Origin: Cyanobacteria bacterium auto_48_18
GTDB taxonomy: Bacteria > Cyanobacteriota > Vampirovibrionia > Obscuribacterales > Obscuribacteraceae
Direction of reading: 5' to 3'
Assembly: GCA_036170915.1 (NCBI GenBank)
Contig: JAVHQC010000036.1
Location: forward strand, 1-64,000
Length of the DNA stretch: 64,000 nt
Part shown: positions 38,975 through 48,661 of the stretch, piece after piece
Numbering within the stretch: the first letter of the stretch is position 1
Layout: each line of letters begins with the position of its first letter
The notes under the pieces: generated by a model
Database searches by the model: none
Told to the model about the DNA's origin: nothing
Seen by the model: only the letters and a program-made list of their open reading frames with translations
Program-made: the position numbers and the translations under genes

Positions 38975-40636
38975 ATGACAGCGACAAAATCAGCACCGCC
39001 CAGTGGCTGGATTACCGCCGGGAGCCATCCCGATAGCTACGAGATGAGCCTTTTCACCGATTTCTGCTACTCAGGCACCAAGTGCGCTCGGCTGTGCTCG
39101 ACGATGGACGCCATCGACGGCTTCGGCACCCTAATGCAGTCAGTCAAGGCCAATGTCTATCGGGGCCAACGCGTTAAATTAACCGCGTTTATTAAATCAG
39201 AATCCGTCTACCATTGGGCCGGTCTATGGATGCGTGTCGACGCCGGGCGAGAGGTCGTCAGCTTCGACAATATGCAAAATCGCCCCATAAAAGACGACAC
39301 CGACTGGACCCAGTATCATGTCGTGCTCGATGTGCCCGAAAATAGCACGAGCATTTCTTTTGGCGTATTGCTCAGCGGTGCGGGTTCACTCTGGCTGGAT
39401 GACTTCGAGCTGGAGGTTGTTGGCCTTGACGTCGAATCGACTGACACGACGTGGGACGGCCGTTCCTGCGGCATCCAGTATCAAAATCTGCGGCCGATCA
39501 ACATGGACTTTTCGCAGGGGCTTCGCGACGACAGCAAAGAGTTTCCCATTGACGCTACCCCCGTCGGCTGGTTCAAACAAAAGTACGGCGAAGGTGATGT
39601 GGAAATCGGTTTGTCTAAATCATCACGCAAGGGCTCTCCGGTATCTGCTTTTGTAAAGGTCGATGGTGCCGTATGGGGATCACTTTTGCAGGCAGTGGGC
39701 GCGGATAGCTATGTCGGCAAGCGCGTTAAGCTCTCCAGCTCCGTTAAAACTGAATCGCTTGCGGGCAACGCCACGTTATTCTTCCGCACCGATGCTGGGC
39801 GCGAGCTGACCGTCTGTCATGACTACATGGAGGGACGCGAGCTGAAAGGCACCAACGACTGGACCGAATGTCAATGCGTGATCGACATCCCCGAAGGATG
39901 CGACAACATTTATATCGGCGGCGTGGTCAATGGCGATGGCACCGCGTGGTTTAAAGATTTCGCCTTGACTGCGGTTTCTGCCGATATTGCCACCACAGGC
40001 AAACATGGCAAGGCTAAGAAAAATAAAAAGCCCACGACCGCCGCCAGTAAAAAGAGTTTGCCTGCCGAACCACTCAATCTCGATTTTGAAGATGGCGAAT
40101 ATGGCAGCAAGAGTGGTGCTCATCGCTTGCCCATCGGGTGGATGGCTAGCGGTAGCCATCCCGATAGCTATAAGATGTGCGTGGATGACACGACCAAGTT
40201 TGCTGATAGCAGGTGCGCACTGATTGAATCGCGTCGCCATCCTCAAAGTGGATTCGGCACGCTGATGCAAAAGGTACATGCCGATTTTTGCCTGGGCAAA
40301 AAGATGCGTTTGAGTACACAGATCAAAAGCGAAGAGGTCGGTTGGGCCGCTCTGTGGATGCGCATTGATGGAGAGGATGGTGAAATCCTTGGCTTCGACA
40401 ACATGCAGAAAAATCCAATTAAAGGCACCACTGATTGGAATTATTACGAGTGCGTGCTTGATGTGCCATCGGGGGCTAAGGCCGTAGCATTTGGCGTGCT
40501 CCTGAGCGGCAACGGCAAAGTGTGGTTTTCCAAAGTGGCATTAGAGCCAGCGTCGGATGATGTCGAGGTTACGGATACCAAAAAGGATATGATTCAGGCG
40601 AGACAGCAGCCGGTGAACATGTGCTTTGAGGAATGA
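38975..40636 (+). CDS. Protein with three tandem copies of a beta-sandwich (CBM-like) domain
   Basis: Three repeats of GW...(F/W)G(T/S)L(M/L)Q...G(Q/K)(R/K)(V/M)(K/R)L...LW/FxRxD...DxM...TxDW...GxxW; copies 1 and 3 share AGSHPDSY/SGSHPDSY. Confidence 0.75.
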   Translation: MTATKSAPPSGWITAGSHPDSYEMSLFTDFCYSGTKCARLCSTMDAIDGFGTLMQSVKANVYRGQRVKLTAFIKSESVYHWAGLWMRVDAGREVVSFDNMQNRPIKDDTDWTQYHVVLDVPENSTSISFGVLLSGAGSLWLDDFELEVVGLDVESTDTTWDGRSCGIQYQNLRPINMDFSQGLRDDSKEFPIDATPVGWFKQKYGEGDVEIGLSKSSRKGSPVSAFVKVDGAVWGSLLQAVGADSYVGKRVKLSSSVKTESLAGNATLFFRTDAGRELTVCHDYMEGRELKGTNDWTECQCVIDIPEGCDNIYIGGVVNGDGTAWFKDFALTAVSADIATTGKHGKAKKNKKPTTAASKKSLPAEPLNLDFEDGEYGSKSGAHRLPIGWMASGSHPDSYKMCVDDTTKFADSRCALIESRRHPQSGFGTLMQKVHADFCLGKKMRLSTQIKSEEVGWAALWMRIDGEDGEILGFDNMQKNPIKGTTDWNYYECVLDVPSGAKAVAFGVLLSGNGKVWFSKVALEPASDDVEVTDTKKDMIQARQQPVNMCFEE

Positions 40637-40752
40637 TGAGTTAAAGGAAACCACCCTAGGCAGCAGTCCTCCTAGGCACCAATCACATTAAGGGACGTAA
40701 TCCTTGCAGGAACTTTCCTTGTGAGTAGGTTGAACGGTCATTTCATAAATGC

Positions 40753-40782
40753 TTGCGTACCTGATTTATAAAGAGCTATAAT
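40753..40782 (+). promoter_or_regulatory. Sigma70-like promoter pointing toward the 3' end of the DUF3800 gene
   Basis: TTGCGT (40753-58), 18-nt spacer, TATAAT (40777-82); no plus-strand CDS follows. Confidence 0.6.
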
Positions 40783-40787
40783 TTTAT

Positions 40788-40826
40788 TGCAGGTCCGATC
40801 CAGCCACTGCTGGGGTAGGTTCTGCA
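40788..40826 (+). ncRNA. Candidate DUF3800-associated small structured RNA
   Basis: Nested hairpin TGCAGG-T-CC..TCCAGC-CACT-GCTGGG..GG-T-TCTGCA beginning 6 nt after TATAAT and ending 3 nt before the DUF3800 stop. Confidence 0.5.
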
Positions 40827-40829
40827 TTA

Positions 40830-41549
40830 CTATCTAATAATTCCATATGGATCACGCCTATGTGCCGCCTTAAAGCATATAGGTTCGAGTAATTCGAAGG
40901 TTTTATCTAACCCAAGGAGGACCTTTGCCGGCATAGGTCTTTCCTTTTGCATAAGTGCGTATGCGCAAAAATCTACCAGCTGGATGAAATACGATGCTTT
41001 CGAATCGCGGAAAAAAGGATCCTCGACAATACAGCCTAGTGGAATATTTTTCGCAGCCACTCCAGGAGACCACGCTCCAAACCGACTCGGAATATAGTTA
41101 AATTGCCGCATTCGTCTTATCATACGCGTAATAGCGCCCTCCTCACCTTCATCAAAAATTAGAACTGCATAGGTTTGGTGCTGTTGGGCAGTTCGGTTTA
41201 TGCGATTCAAGAGACGTTCTAATGCCCAATCGATGTTGCTATTTACCGAGTTTAACAGCAGCGTACCGGGTAAAGTGGACGCCATTGTTAGATACTCGCT
41301 GAATATTTCAATTCGACGATGCTTGCTTACGAAATGAGGGGGAGGGCAAATTTGTCCACGTCCTGAAGTAAATTTCCAAGCGTGCAGTTCTTTGCGAACG
41401 TAGATGTTGTCAGTCCTTTTAAGAAGTCTTCTATAGTCAAGAAGAGCTTTATAGACATTTAGCCACTGATCATCTTCGATCATCGCTGCCGAGAAGATGA
41501 AAGTATTCGTGATGGGATCTTTCGACTCATCGATGTAAGTGATATACAT
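40830..41549 (-). CDS. DUF3800 family protein (RNase H-like fold)
   Basis: N-terminal YIDES, ELHA, IFDEG and DSKASYFIQLVDFCAY motifs. Confidence 0.85.
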   Translation of the reverse strand: MYITYIDESKDPITNTFIFSAAMIEDDQWLNVYKALLDYRRLLKRTDNIYVRKELHAWKFTSGRGQICPPPHFVSKHRRIEIFSEYLTMASTLPGTLLLNSVNSNIDWALERLLNRINRTAQQHQTYAVLIFDEGEEGAITRMIRRMRQFNYIPSRFGAWSPGVAAKNIPLGCIVEDPFFRDSKASYFIQLVDFCAYALMQKERPMPAKVLLGLDKTFELLEPICFKAAHRRDPYGIIR

Positions 41550-41786
41550 TCGCCACCATTTTGTAGTTACCTCGATGTACCACAGTCCGCTCTTAGATCC
41601 TTAAGTCTGGCGATGAAATGTAGATTGCGCTATTCTGCAAACGGTTCTTTTGCCGGTTCAAAAATCACAGACTCCGCGCTAGAGACCCCGTCAAAGCTGA
41701 TGCTGAATTGTCATGCCCGATACGGTTTTTCACAACTACTTATCAAGCAATTAAAATGTAGTCTTACTCTTCCTGGGGAGCCGCAA

Positions 41787-44474
41787 ATGGCTTTTAAATT
41801 CTTTTTGGGCACTCGGTCCAAATTAAACTTGTCGTTGGCTCTAATCGCGGCCCTGCTGTCGGCATCCACGACTTGTCCAGCGATGGCCGAAAATACTGTG
41901 ACCGCGAAGAGTAAAATCGAATATCAGCGCTTACCGGCAAATTGCCGCCCCGAGCGTTACGACCTCTATTTTGAACCAGACCTGGAAACTGCAGAATTTG
42001 AAGGCACAGAAACCCTCTTCTTCACCCTTGACCGCGCAAGTAATGAAATTGTCCTCAATGCCGCAGATTTGAGCGTGTTTGAAGCTAGCATTGCGCAAAC
42101 AAAGCCAACTCACGGCGACTGGATCAAAGCCGAAATTGTAAAAGACGCACCTGGTGAGAAAGTCATACTGAAATTACCAAAGGCTCTTAAATCCGGCCAG
42201 TACGAGCTGTCCCTCAAGTTCAACGGCCGATTGTCTAAAAAGATGGAAGGTTTTTACCTCTCCACGTTTAAAGATAAAGACGGCAAAGAATTGCGCATTG
42301 CCACCACTCAGATGGAACCCACCGACGCCAGACGCATGTTTCCATGTTTCGACGAACCAGCTTACAAAGCGGCTTTCAAAGTAACCGTGGCAATTGATCC
42401 GACACTCTCTGCAATTTCCAACGCTGGTGTCGAGTTTGAAAAAGTTGACCAGCGTAAGAACAAAAAAGTAGTCACTTTTAAGGCTACTCCTCGCATGTCT
42501 ACTTATCTATTTGCTTTGATTGTAGGCCCATTCCAGTCTACTGAAGCGGCCGTGGTCAATGGTAAGAAAATTCGCGTCTGGTATACGGCGGGCAAAGAAT
42601 TGCTGGCACCATATGCGCTCTCTGCGGCCGCCAAACTTTTGCCTTACTACGAAAATTATTTTGGTCAGCCTTATCCATTAGACAAGCTTGATCTGATCGC
42701 AATTCCCGACTTTTCCGCCGGAGCCATGGAGAACCTTGGCGCTATCACCTTTAGAGAGAGTGCGCTGTTGGTAGACGAAAAGAATTCGGCACTCAGCTCT
42801 CGCATGCGGGTGGTCAATATAGTCGCGCACGAAATGGCACATCTCTGGTTTGGCGATCTGGTGACTATGAAATGGTGGGATGATCTATGGCTCAACGAAG
42901 CATTTGCCACATGGATGGCCGACAAAGCGGAAGACTTCTTGCGCCCCGATTGGCGCATATGGGACGACTTTGCCGTTGAGAGAGTAGGTACTCTAGACTC
43001 GGATGCCATTACGGCGACGCGCTCTGTGCAATCGCCCGTCAATTCTCCTAATGATGCTTTAGAGATGTTTGACGAAATCACTTATAGCAAAGGTGCTGCG
43101 CTGCTGCGCATGCTCGAGACTTATTTGGGCGAAGACAAATTTCAAAAAGGCATTCAAGCCTATATGAAGGCGCATGCTTTCAACAATGCATCTACCGAAG
43201 ATCTCTGGAACTCGCTATCAAGTGCTACCGACGGCAAAATCAATGTAGCCAAGCTTATGGATACCTGGGTGCATTCGCCAGGCTGCCCGCTGGTCTCTTT
43301 TGACGCAAAGACTCCCACAAACCTAGTTGTAACTCAGACCCGTTTCTTTTTAAATTCTGACGAGAAGGTCAAGCCGGCCCAGCCATGGCAGGTTCCACTG
43401 ATGCTTAAAAATGAGAAGAGTTCGGAGGCAGCTTTGCTTTCCAGCCAGCAGGCCAAACTAACAGTCAAATTCAAAGCTGCGCTTATTAACGGCACCGGCA
43501 ACGGTTATTTCCGCACCGGCTATAGTGCCTCTCAGCTTGAGCTTTTGCATGACCAGGCTCTGCTAAAGCAGCTTAACGTCAGCGAGCGTGTCTCGGTCTT
43601 GAGTGATGTGATGGCCCTGGCTGTTGCCGGCAAGCTGCCGCTGAATGACTACTTGTCGCTGACTCAGGTCTTTGCCCAAGACCAAGACCCTTATGTACTT
43701 GGTGTTCTCATTGGTCAACTCGGTCAGTTGGACGCAATGGTGGATGAACCAAGCCGCATGGCATTTCAGACCTATGTGCGCAAAGTGCTCAAGCCCCAGC
43801 TGGAGCGGCTCACGTATTTAAGGAAAGACTCAGACGACGATTTGACCGCTGAGGTCAGAGCCAGACTGATTAGGACACTTGGCACTATAGGTGGTGATCC
43901 TGAAGTTATCGCATTTTGTCGAGAAAAATTTGAGACTTACCTCAGCAATGTCAAATCTTTAGACGGCGATATGCTCTCGCCTATCGTGCAAGTAGTAGCG
44001 TACAACGGTGGCAGCACTGAATTTGCGCGCATTGAAGAGGCCTGGAGAAAATCAGTTACGCCAGAAGAGCGCAATCGCAATCTATTTGCTCTGGCGGCGT
44101 TTAGAGACCAATCTTGCATCGATAAAGCTCTCAATTTGAGTCTCGACAAAGATGTCAGAGCTCAAGATGCACCGCATTTTATGGGTCGCATAATTTCAGC
44201 ACAAGCCAGTCAACAACAGGGTTTTAAATTTTTAGGTGAGCACTGGCAAGAACTCTACGATAAAGTTGGTGAGAGAAAAATGCCAGATATTGTCGAGGCC
44301 TGTAGTTCTTTCAACAAACCAGGGCAACTTGCAACATTAAAGCAGTTCATCGATAGCCACCCTATGCCTTCAGGTCGTCGCAGTGCGGCCAAGACCATAG
44401 AATTTGCCACTATCGGCACGAACTTCAGGGCCAAACAAGGGAATACTTTAGCTCAATTCTTTGCCGGTAAATAG
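41787..44474 (+). CDS. pepN: Secreted M1 family aminopeptidase with ERAP1-like C-terminal domain
   Basis: GGGGAG RBS; signal peptide; ARRMFPCFDEP, GAMEN, HEMAH...NEAFA and YSKG motifs. Confidence 0.92.
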   Translation: MAFKFFLGTRSKLNLSLALIAALLSASTTCPAMAENTVTAKSKIEYQRLPANCRPERYDLYFEPDLETAEFEGTETLFFTLDRASNEIVLNAADLSVFEASIAQTKPTHGDWIKAEIVKDAPGEKVILKLPKALKSGQYELSLKFNGRLSKKMEGFYLSTFKDKDGKELRIATTQMEPTDARRMFPCFDEPAYKAAFKVTVAIDPTLSAISNAGVEFEKVDQRKNKKVVTFKATPRMSTYLFALIVGPFQSTEAAVVNGKKIRVWYTAGKELLAPYALSAAAKLLPYYENYFGQPYPLDKLDLIAIPDFSAGAMENLGAITFRESALLVDEKNSALSSRMRVVNIVAHEMAHLWFGDLVTMKWWDDLWLNEAFATWMADKAEDFLRPDWRIWDDFAVERVGTLDSDAITATRSVQSPVNSPNDALEMFDEITYSKGAALLRMLETYLGEDKFQKGIQAYMKAHAFNNASTEDLWNSLSSATDGKINVAKLMDTWVHSPGCPLVSFDAKTPTNLVVTQTRFFLNSDEKVKPAQPWQVPLMLKNEKSSEAALLSSQQAKLTVKFKAALINGTGNGYFRTGYSASQLELLHDQALLKQLNVSERVSVLSDVMALAVAGKLPLNDYLSLTQVFAQDQDPYVLGVLIGQLGQLDAMVDEPSRMAFQTYVRKVLKPQLERLTYLRKDSDDDLTAEVRARLIRTLGTIGGDPEVIAFCREKFETYLSNVKSLDGDMLSPIVQVVAYNGGSTEFARIEEAWRKSVTPEERNRNLFALAAFRDQSCIDKALNLSLDKDVRAQDAPHFMGRIISAQASQQQGFKFLGEHWQELYDKVGERKMPDIVEACSSFNKPGQLATLKQFIDSHPMPSGRRSAAKTIEFATIGTNFRAKQGNTLAQFFAGK

Positions 44475-45298
44475 TGCGCCACTACGTTTCTAGATTAGCA
44501 TCAGCCATAGTAGCTCTGGTTTACGCCAGTACCAGCGGGGTTTCTGCCTTTGAAACTCCGATACCACGGGTAATGCTCTGGTCTTGGCAGAAAATAGAAG
44601 ATTTGCGCTCGGTTGATGGTAAAAATGTCGGGGTAGCTTTTTTAGTGGGCCGTTTCACTGTGGACGGCCATAAGGTAAATTGCCAGCCGCGTCTGTCACG
44701 ACTGCAGCTGCCTGTCGGCTGTTACCGTGAAGCAGTCGCCCGTGTGGAGGTGAAATCACTACCACCAGAAGAAAAACAGTCCGAGGTCAGCGCAGAGCTG
44801 TCTGAAAAAATTGCTGATCTGGCAATGCGAAGTAAAGTCAATGCTGTGCAAATTGATTTTGATGCCAGACAAAATCAGCGGCAGTTCTATTTGCACTTAC
44901 TGCGAGACTTACAAAAGGCGCTGCCACAAGGCATGACACTTTCTACCACCGCTTTAGCCTCGTGGAGTCAGGGTGATACCTGGCTCAAAGATGCTGTAGA
45001 TCAAAAGCAAAATATCAATATTGATCATGTGGTGCCCATGTTTTTTACCATGGGTGCAGGTCACAGCAAAGCTTTGCAACTTTTGAAATCTCAGCTGCCG
45101 CTCACCTTTAACAACAAGCTAGCTATTGGGCTATCGCTTACAGATTCTGCAGCAATCGGCGTAGTTGCTCAAAGATTGAGCAGATTCAATCACATTTATT
45201 TGTTTTGCTCTCCCGGCTGGAGTCGCGAGAGCCTCAATGAAGCCGGCAAATTGATAGACATTAAACTGACTGAGGAGAACAAAATTGGCCATATTTAG
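44474..45298 (+). CDS. DUF3142-like secreted protein (GH18-like barrel)
   Basis: MLWSWQ, QIDFDA, LSTTALASW and VPMFF motifs; signal peptide. Confidence 0.65.
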   Translation: MRHYVSRLASAIVALVYASTSGVSAFETPIPRVMLWSWQKIEDLRSVDGKNVGVAFLVGRFTVDGHKVNCQPRLSRLQLPVGCYREAVARVEVKSLPPEEKQSEVSAELSEKIADLAMRSKVNAVQIDFDARQNQRQFYLHLLRDLQKALPQGMTLSTTALASWSQGDTWLKDAVDQKQNINIDHVVPMFFTMGAGHSKALQLLKSQLPLTFNNKLAIGLSLTDSAAIGVVAQRLSRFNHIYLFCSPGWSRESLNEAGKLIDIKLTEENKIGHI

Positions 45299-47591
45299 CT
45301 TGAATAGAGTATTCAAAAAGAGTCTGGTAGCTGCTTTGGCCTGCCAATTGGGCCTTTTTTCAATGGTTCCAGCGTCAGCATGTGGGCCGTTTTATGATGA
45401 TGCAATTTATTCATATAGTCTGCATCCAGACCTGCCGCTTCAGTTTTTTGCCGAGGGCAATTTAGGGCTTGTTGAGCCGACATTCGCTCGTTCCTATCTC
45501 TTTGTCGCTTACCGCTATCTTAATGGTAAACCCCTGACCAATACTGAGCGTGAGCAAGCACTTAGTCTCTGGCGTTTTCGCCTTGGCACAGGTAGCAGCG
45601 ATGACAACTCGGCCAGCGAACTCTGGCTCAAGGCCCGCAATAAGGCAGCCGCTGGCTTAACAGGCATCGCTAAGTTAGACGATATCAACAAATATCGGCA
45701 AGCAGGTGGAGACGATGATTACAATCCCTATCTAAATTGTACTGCTGACGCCTTCACGCAGGCAACCAAAACTCTGCAAGACAAAATCACCAGATATGGT
45801 GCAGGCAGCAGTGAGGTCAAAGAATGGCTGGCAGCTCAAGACAAAGTCTTTTGCCATTGCGGTGGAAGAACATATGATTATTCTAAAAAGGTCACATCGC
45901 CTGAGCCTCCTTTCCCTGAGCCCGCTCCAGCTTCGGCAAGCGTAGAAGTTAAGCAAGAACGCGCCTATCAAATAGCAGCGGCCAATTTTTATGCCAAAAA
46001 TTTCGACGAAGCTGCTAAACAGTTTGGCTTAATTGCCCTTGATACCACTTCTCCTTATAAAAAGATTTCGGCTTATTTGGTGGCACGGTGCTTGATTCGC
46101 AAAGCTACACTGAGTACCAATAAGGGTGTTGATCAAGTGGCGTTGCTAGCCGCTCGCAATAAGCTGGTGGAGCTGCAAAATGATCCGGCATTGGAATCTT
46201 TAAAAGAAGGCGTGACCTCTTTATTGAGGTTTGTCGGTGTCAGACTTGATCCGGCAGTCGCATTGACCGACATAAGTAAACGCTTGATTTCAGGCAATGA
46301 TGCCACTTTTTATGACGATCTGGAAGGCTATGTTTATTTGCTCGACAATGCCTTTCAGGAAGACTCGGAAGAGTCTTCTACCACGCACAAAGTGGACGAT
46401 AGTAAGCTTGCTGCCGCTATGCGCGCCGATGATATGACCGATTGGATCTGGACATTCTCGAGCGATGACAAACAATCTACTGATCATGCAATAGAGCGCT
46501 TTCAGAAAGACAAAAGTCTGGCCTGGTTGATTTGCGCCGCTGCTAAGCTAAAAGGCAATGAGCCATTAGCTCCTGAAATTCTTGGTGCATTAGCCGCGGT
46601 GCCTAAGACCAGCGCGGCCTATGTCACAGCCGGCTATCAACAAGCGCGCATTCTATCGGCCCGCAGTGCCGACACAGAAGCAAGAGCCGTAATTGACACT
46701 ACCCTTAAGGCGACCAAAGCGCCGTCTGCCGTAAACAAATTGAATTTGCTCAAACTAAATCTAGCCAAGTCTTTAGACGAGATGCTGGCCCTTTCATATT
46801 GCTCACCGGCGCTTGTGGTCGGTGAAGCTGAAGGTGCCGTTCTGGCAGAGCAGTGGGCTGAAGACGACAAGAAGAAAGTTGTTGCCTATAAGACTCTTGC
46901 GCCTCTGCTGAGGCCCGAAGCGGCAGCGGTGCTCAATCAAAAATTGCCCCTGGCACAGTTTTTATTAGCTGCCGAATCAGAGCGTATTCCTAGAGGTCTG
47001 CGGTCTGATTTTGCTCAAGCAGCTTTTTGTCGCTCAGTGCTCTTGCACGATTCAGCCAGTGCTAGTAAAGCCGGCTTACTGCTGCGTAAGTCTATGCCTT
47101 CTTTGACCAGTTCTCTGACAAATTATGATCAGGCAGCACCAGACAGTAAAGACTTTAGCGCAGCATTTATGATGTTGAAAAATCCAGGGTCAAGACCTTA
47201 CATCACAGCAGGGGTGGCACGCACAACTGCTTTTAATCACCTTGATGATTATCAAGACAACTGGTGGGATGCCATTAAAGCTGATACTGCTGTGAAATAT
47301 CCTGGGCAGAGTTTCATCAAAGCAGCCGAGCTTGCCAAAGCAAAAGCTGAGCTGACTGTTGTAAACAGCGCCTCGCCAGCAGCGAACTATCTGGGTAAGG
47401 TTGTCACCGACTATGCCAAAACCCACAAGAGCGATCCAAGGGTGCCTGAGGCCCTGCATATGGTTGTTAGAGCCACCAAGCTTGGTGCTACCAATAGTGG
47501 TACCAGTGCCATGTCTAAATTAGCCTTCCAGTTGCTGCACCAGAATTACAAAGGTAATGCCTGGACACTAAAGACACCATACTTCTACTAA
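45285..47591 (+). CDS. Large secreted alpha-helical/TPR-like protein, partner of the DUF3142 gene
   Basis: GAGGAG RBS; signal peptide followed by ACGP; YLFVAYR, YQIAAANFY and PEALH motifs; C-terminal WTLKTPYFY. Confidence 0.7.
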   Translation: MAIFSLNRVFKKSLVAALACQLGLFSMVPASACGPFYDDAIYSYSLHPDLPLQFFAEGNLGLVEPTFARSYLFVAYRYLNGKPLTNTEREQALSLWRFRLGTGSSDDNSASELWLKARNKAAAGLTGIAKLDDINKYRQAGGDDDYNPYLNCTADAFTQATKTLQDKITRYGAGSSEVKEWLAAQDKVFCHCGGRTYDYSKKVTSPEPPFPEPAPASASVEVKQERAYQIAAANFYAKNFDEAAKQFGLIALDTTSPYKKISAYLVARCLIRKATLSTNKGVDQVALLAARNKLVELQNDPALESLKEGVTSLLRFVGVRLDPAVALTDISKRLISGNDATFYDDLEGYVYLLDNAFQEDSEESSTTHKVDDSKLAAAMRADDMTDWIWTFSSDDKQSTDHAIERFQKDKSLAWLICAAAKLKGNEPLAPEILGALAAVPKTSAAYVTAGYQQARILSARSADTEARAVIDTTLKATKAPSAVNKLNLLKLNLAKSLDEMLALSYCSPALVVGEAEGAVLAEQWAEDDKKKVVAYKTLAPLLRPEAAAVLNQKLPLAQFLLAAESERIPRGLRSDFAQAAFCRSVLLHDSASASKAGLLLRKSMPSLTSSLTNYDQAAPDSKDFSAAFMMLKNPGSRPYITAGVARTTAFNHLDDYQDNWWDAIKADTAVKYPGQSFIKAAELAKAKAELTVVNSASPAANYLGKVVTDYAKTHKSDPRVPEALHMVVRATKLGATNSGTSAMSKLAFQLLHQNYKGNAWTLKTPYFY

Positions 47592-47605
47592 ACTACAAAA
47601 GTTTT

Positions 47606-48643
47606 TTAGTGTTTCTTTTGCTGGGCTTCCCAGGCTCTCAATTTTTGCACGCCCACCTCAAAGTCTTGCGGCCGGCTATAAAAATTGTGTTTGCCATTGT
47701 TGAAAGCAGGGTCGCGTACATAATAGATATAACCGCTCTCAACCGGGTTTAAGGCCGCGTGGATTGAATTCTGACCCGGCGAACCCACCGGCCCTGGTGG
47801 CAGCCCGTAATATTTTCGAGTGTTGTAAGGAGACTTCAGATCGAGATCACTTTGGTACACGATACCGTTGCCCTTCCATTTTCCAATCATTTTTGAAGCG
47901 TAAACAATGGTAGAGTCCATTGCCAGGGGCATTTTGCGGGCGATGCGATTGTTGATTACCGATGCCACTATTGGCCGCTCCTGCTCAAGCTTTGCTTCTG
48001 TTTCGATAATCGATGCCATGGTTATTGCTTTATGGGCAGTCAAAGCATATGGATTTCTTTCCTTTTCCCACACTGTGCGAAAACGTTGCACCATAGCAGC
48101 AATGAGCTCTTGTGGCTTAGTATCAGACTGCACAAAATAGGTGTCAGGAAAAAGGTAACCCTCCAGATTGCTGACAATCGGATCAATGTCTGCAATCAAA
48201 CTAACTTTATTCATCAGCGCAAGAGCACCCTTGCGATCAATTTTCAGGCTTTTAATTTTGGCCATAGCATCGGCGATTTCAAATCGTGTCCAGCCCTCAA
48301 TCACAGTTAGCTTGTTGAGCTCAATGCCTCCAGCTTCTAACGTGCTCAGCGCTTCCAGAGGGGTTATTGGCGACTTGAAGCGATAATCACCAGCCTTTAT
48401 GACGGGGTTTGCACCAGTAGAGCGAATATACAGTTTCAAATAAAGTGCTTTATCAATAATGTTCTTTTTTTCAAGCTTGCTTAAAATCTCGTCTAGAGAC
48501 ATGCCGCGCGTCACTGCAATCAAATCATTCTGACCGTCGTGATTGTGGCTCTCTTTCAACTTTTCATTTAGAAGATATCCAGCAGCAGTCAGAGCCGCCC
48601 CGATGAGCACCACGAAGGCAAGCAAGAATTTTAATGCACGCAT
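47606..48643 (-). CDS. mltG: Endolytic transglycosylase
   Basis: IKAGDY, LEGYLFPDTY, ASIIETE, NR...MDST and SPYNTR...GLPPGP motifs. Confidence 0.95.
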   Translation of the reverse strand: MRALKFLLAFVVLIGAALTAAGYLLNEKLKESHNHDGQNDLIAVTRGMSLDEILSKLEKKNIIDKALYLKLYIRSTGANPVIKAGDYRFKSPITPLEALSTLEAGGIELNKLTVIEGWTRFEIADAMAKIKSLKIDRKGALALMNKVSLIADIDPIVSNLEGYLFPDTYFVQSDTKPQELIAAMVQRFRTVWEKERNPYALTAHKAITMASIIETEAKLEQERPIVASVINNRIARKMPLAMDSTIVYASKMIGKWKGNGIVYQSDLDLKSPYNTRKYYGLPPGPVGSPGQNSIHAALNPVESGYIYYVRDPAFNNGKHNFYSRPQDFEVGVQKLRAWEAQQKKH

Positions 48644-48661
48644 AGGGTCACGGTTTGAGCA

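Noticed and set aside
34040..41600. tRNA-anchored integrative island
   Set aside because: No integrase and no duplicated tRNA 3' end were noticed downstream.
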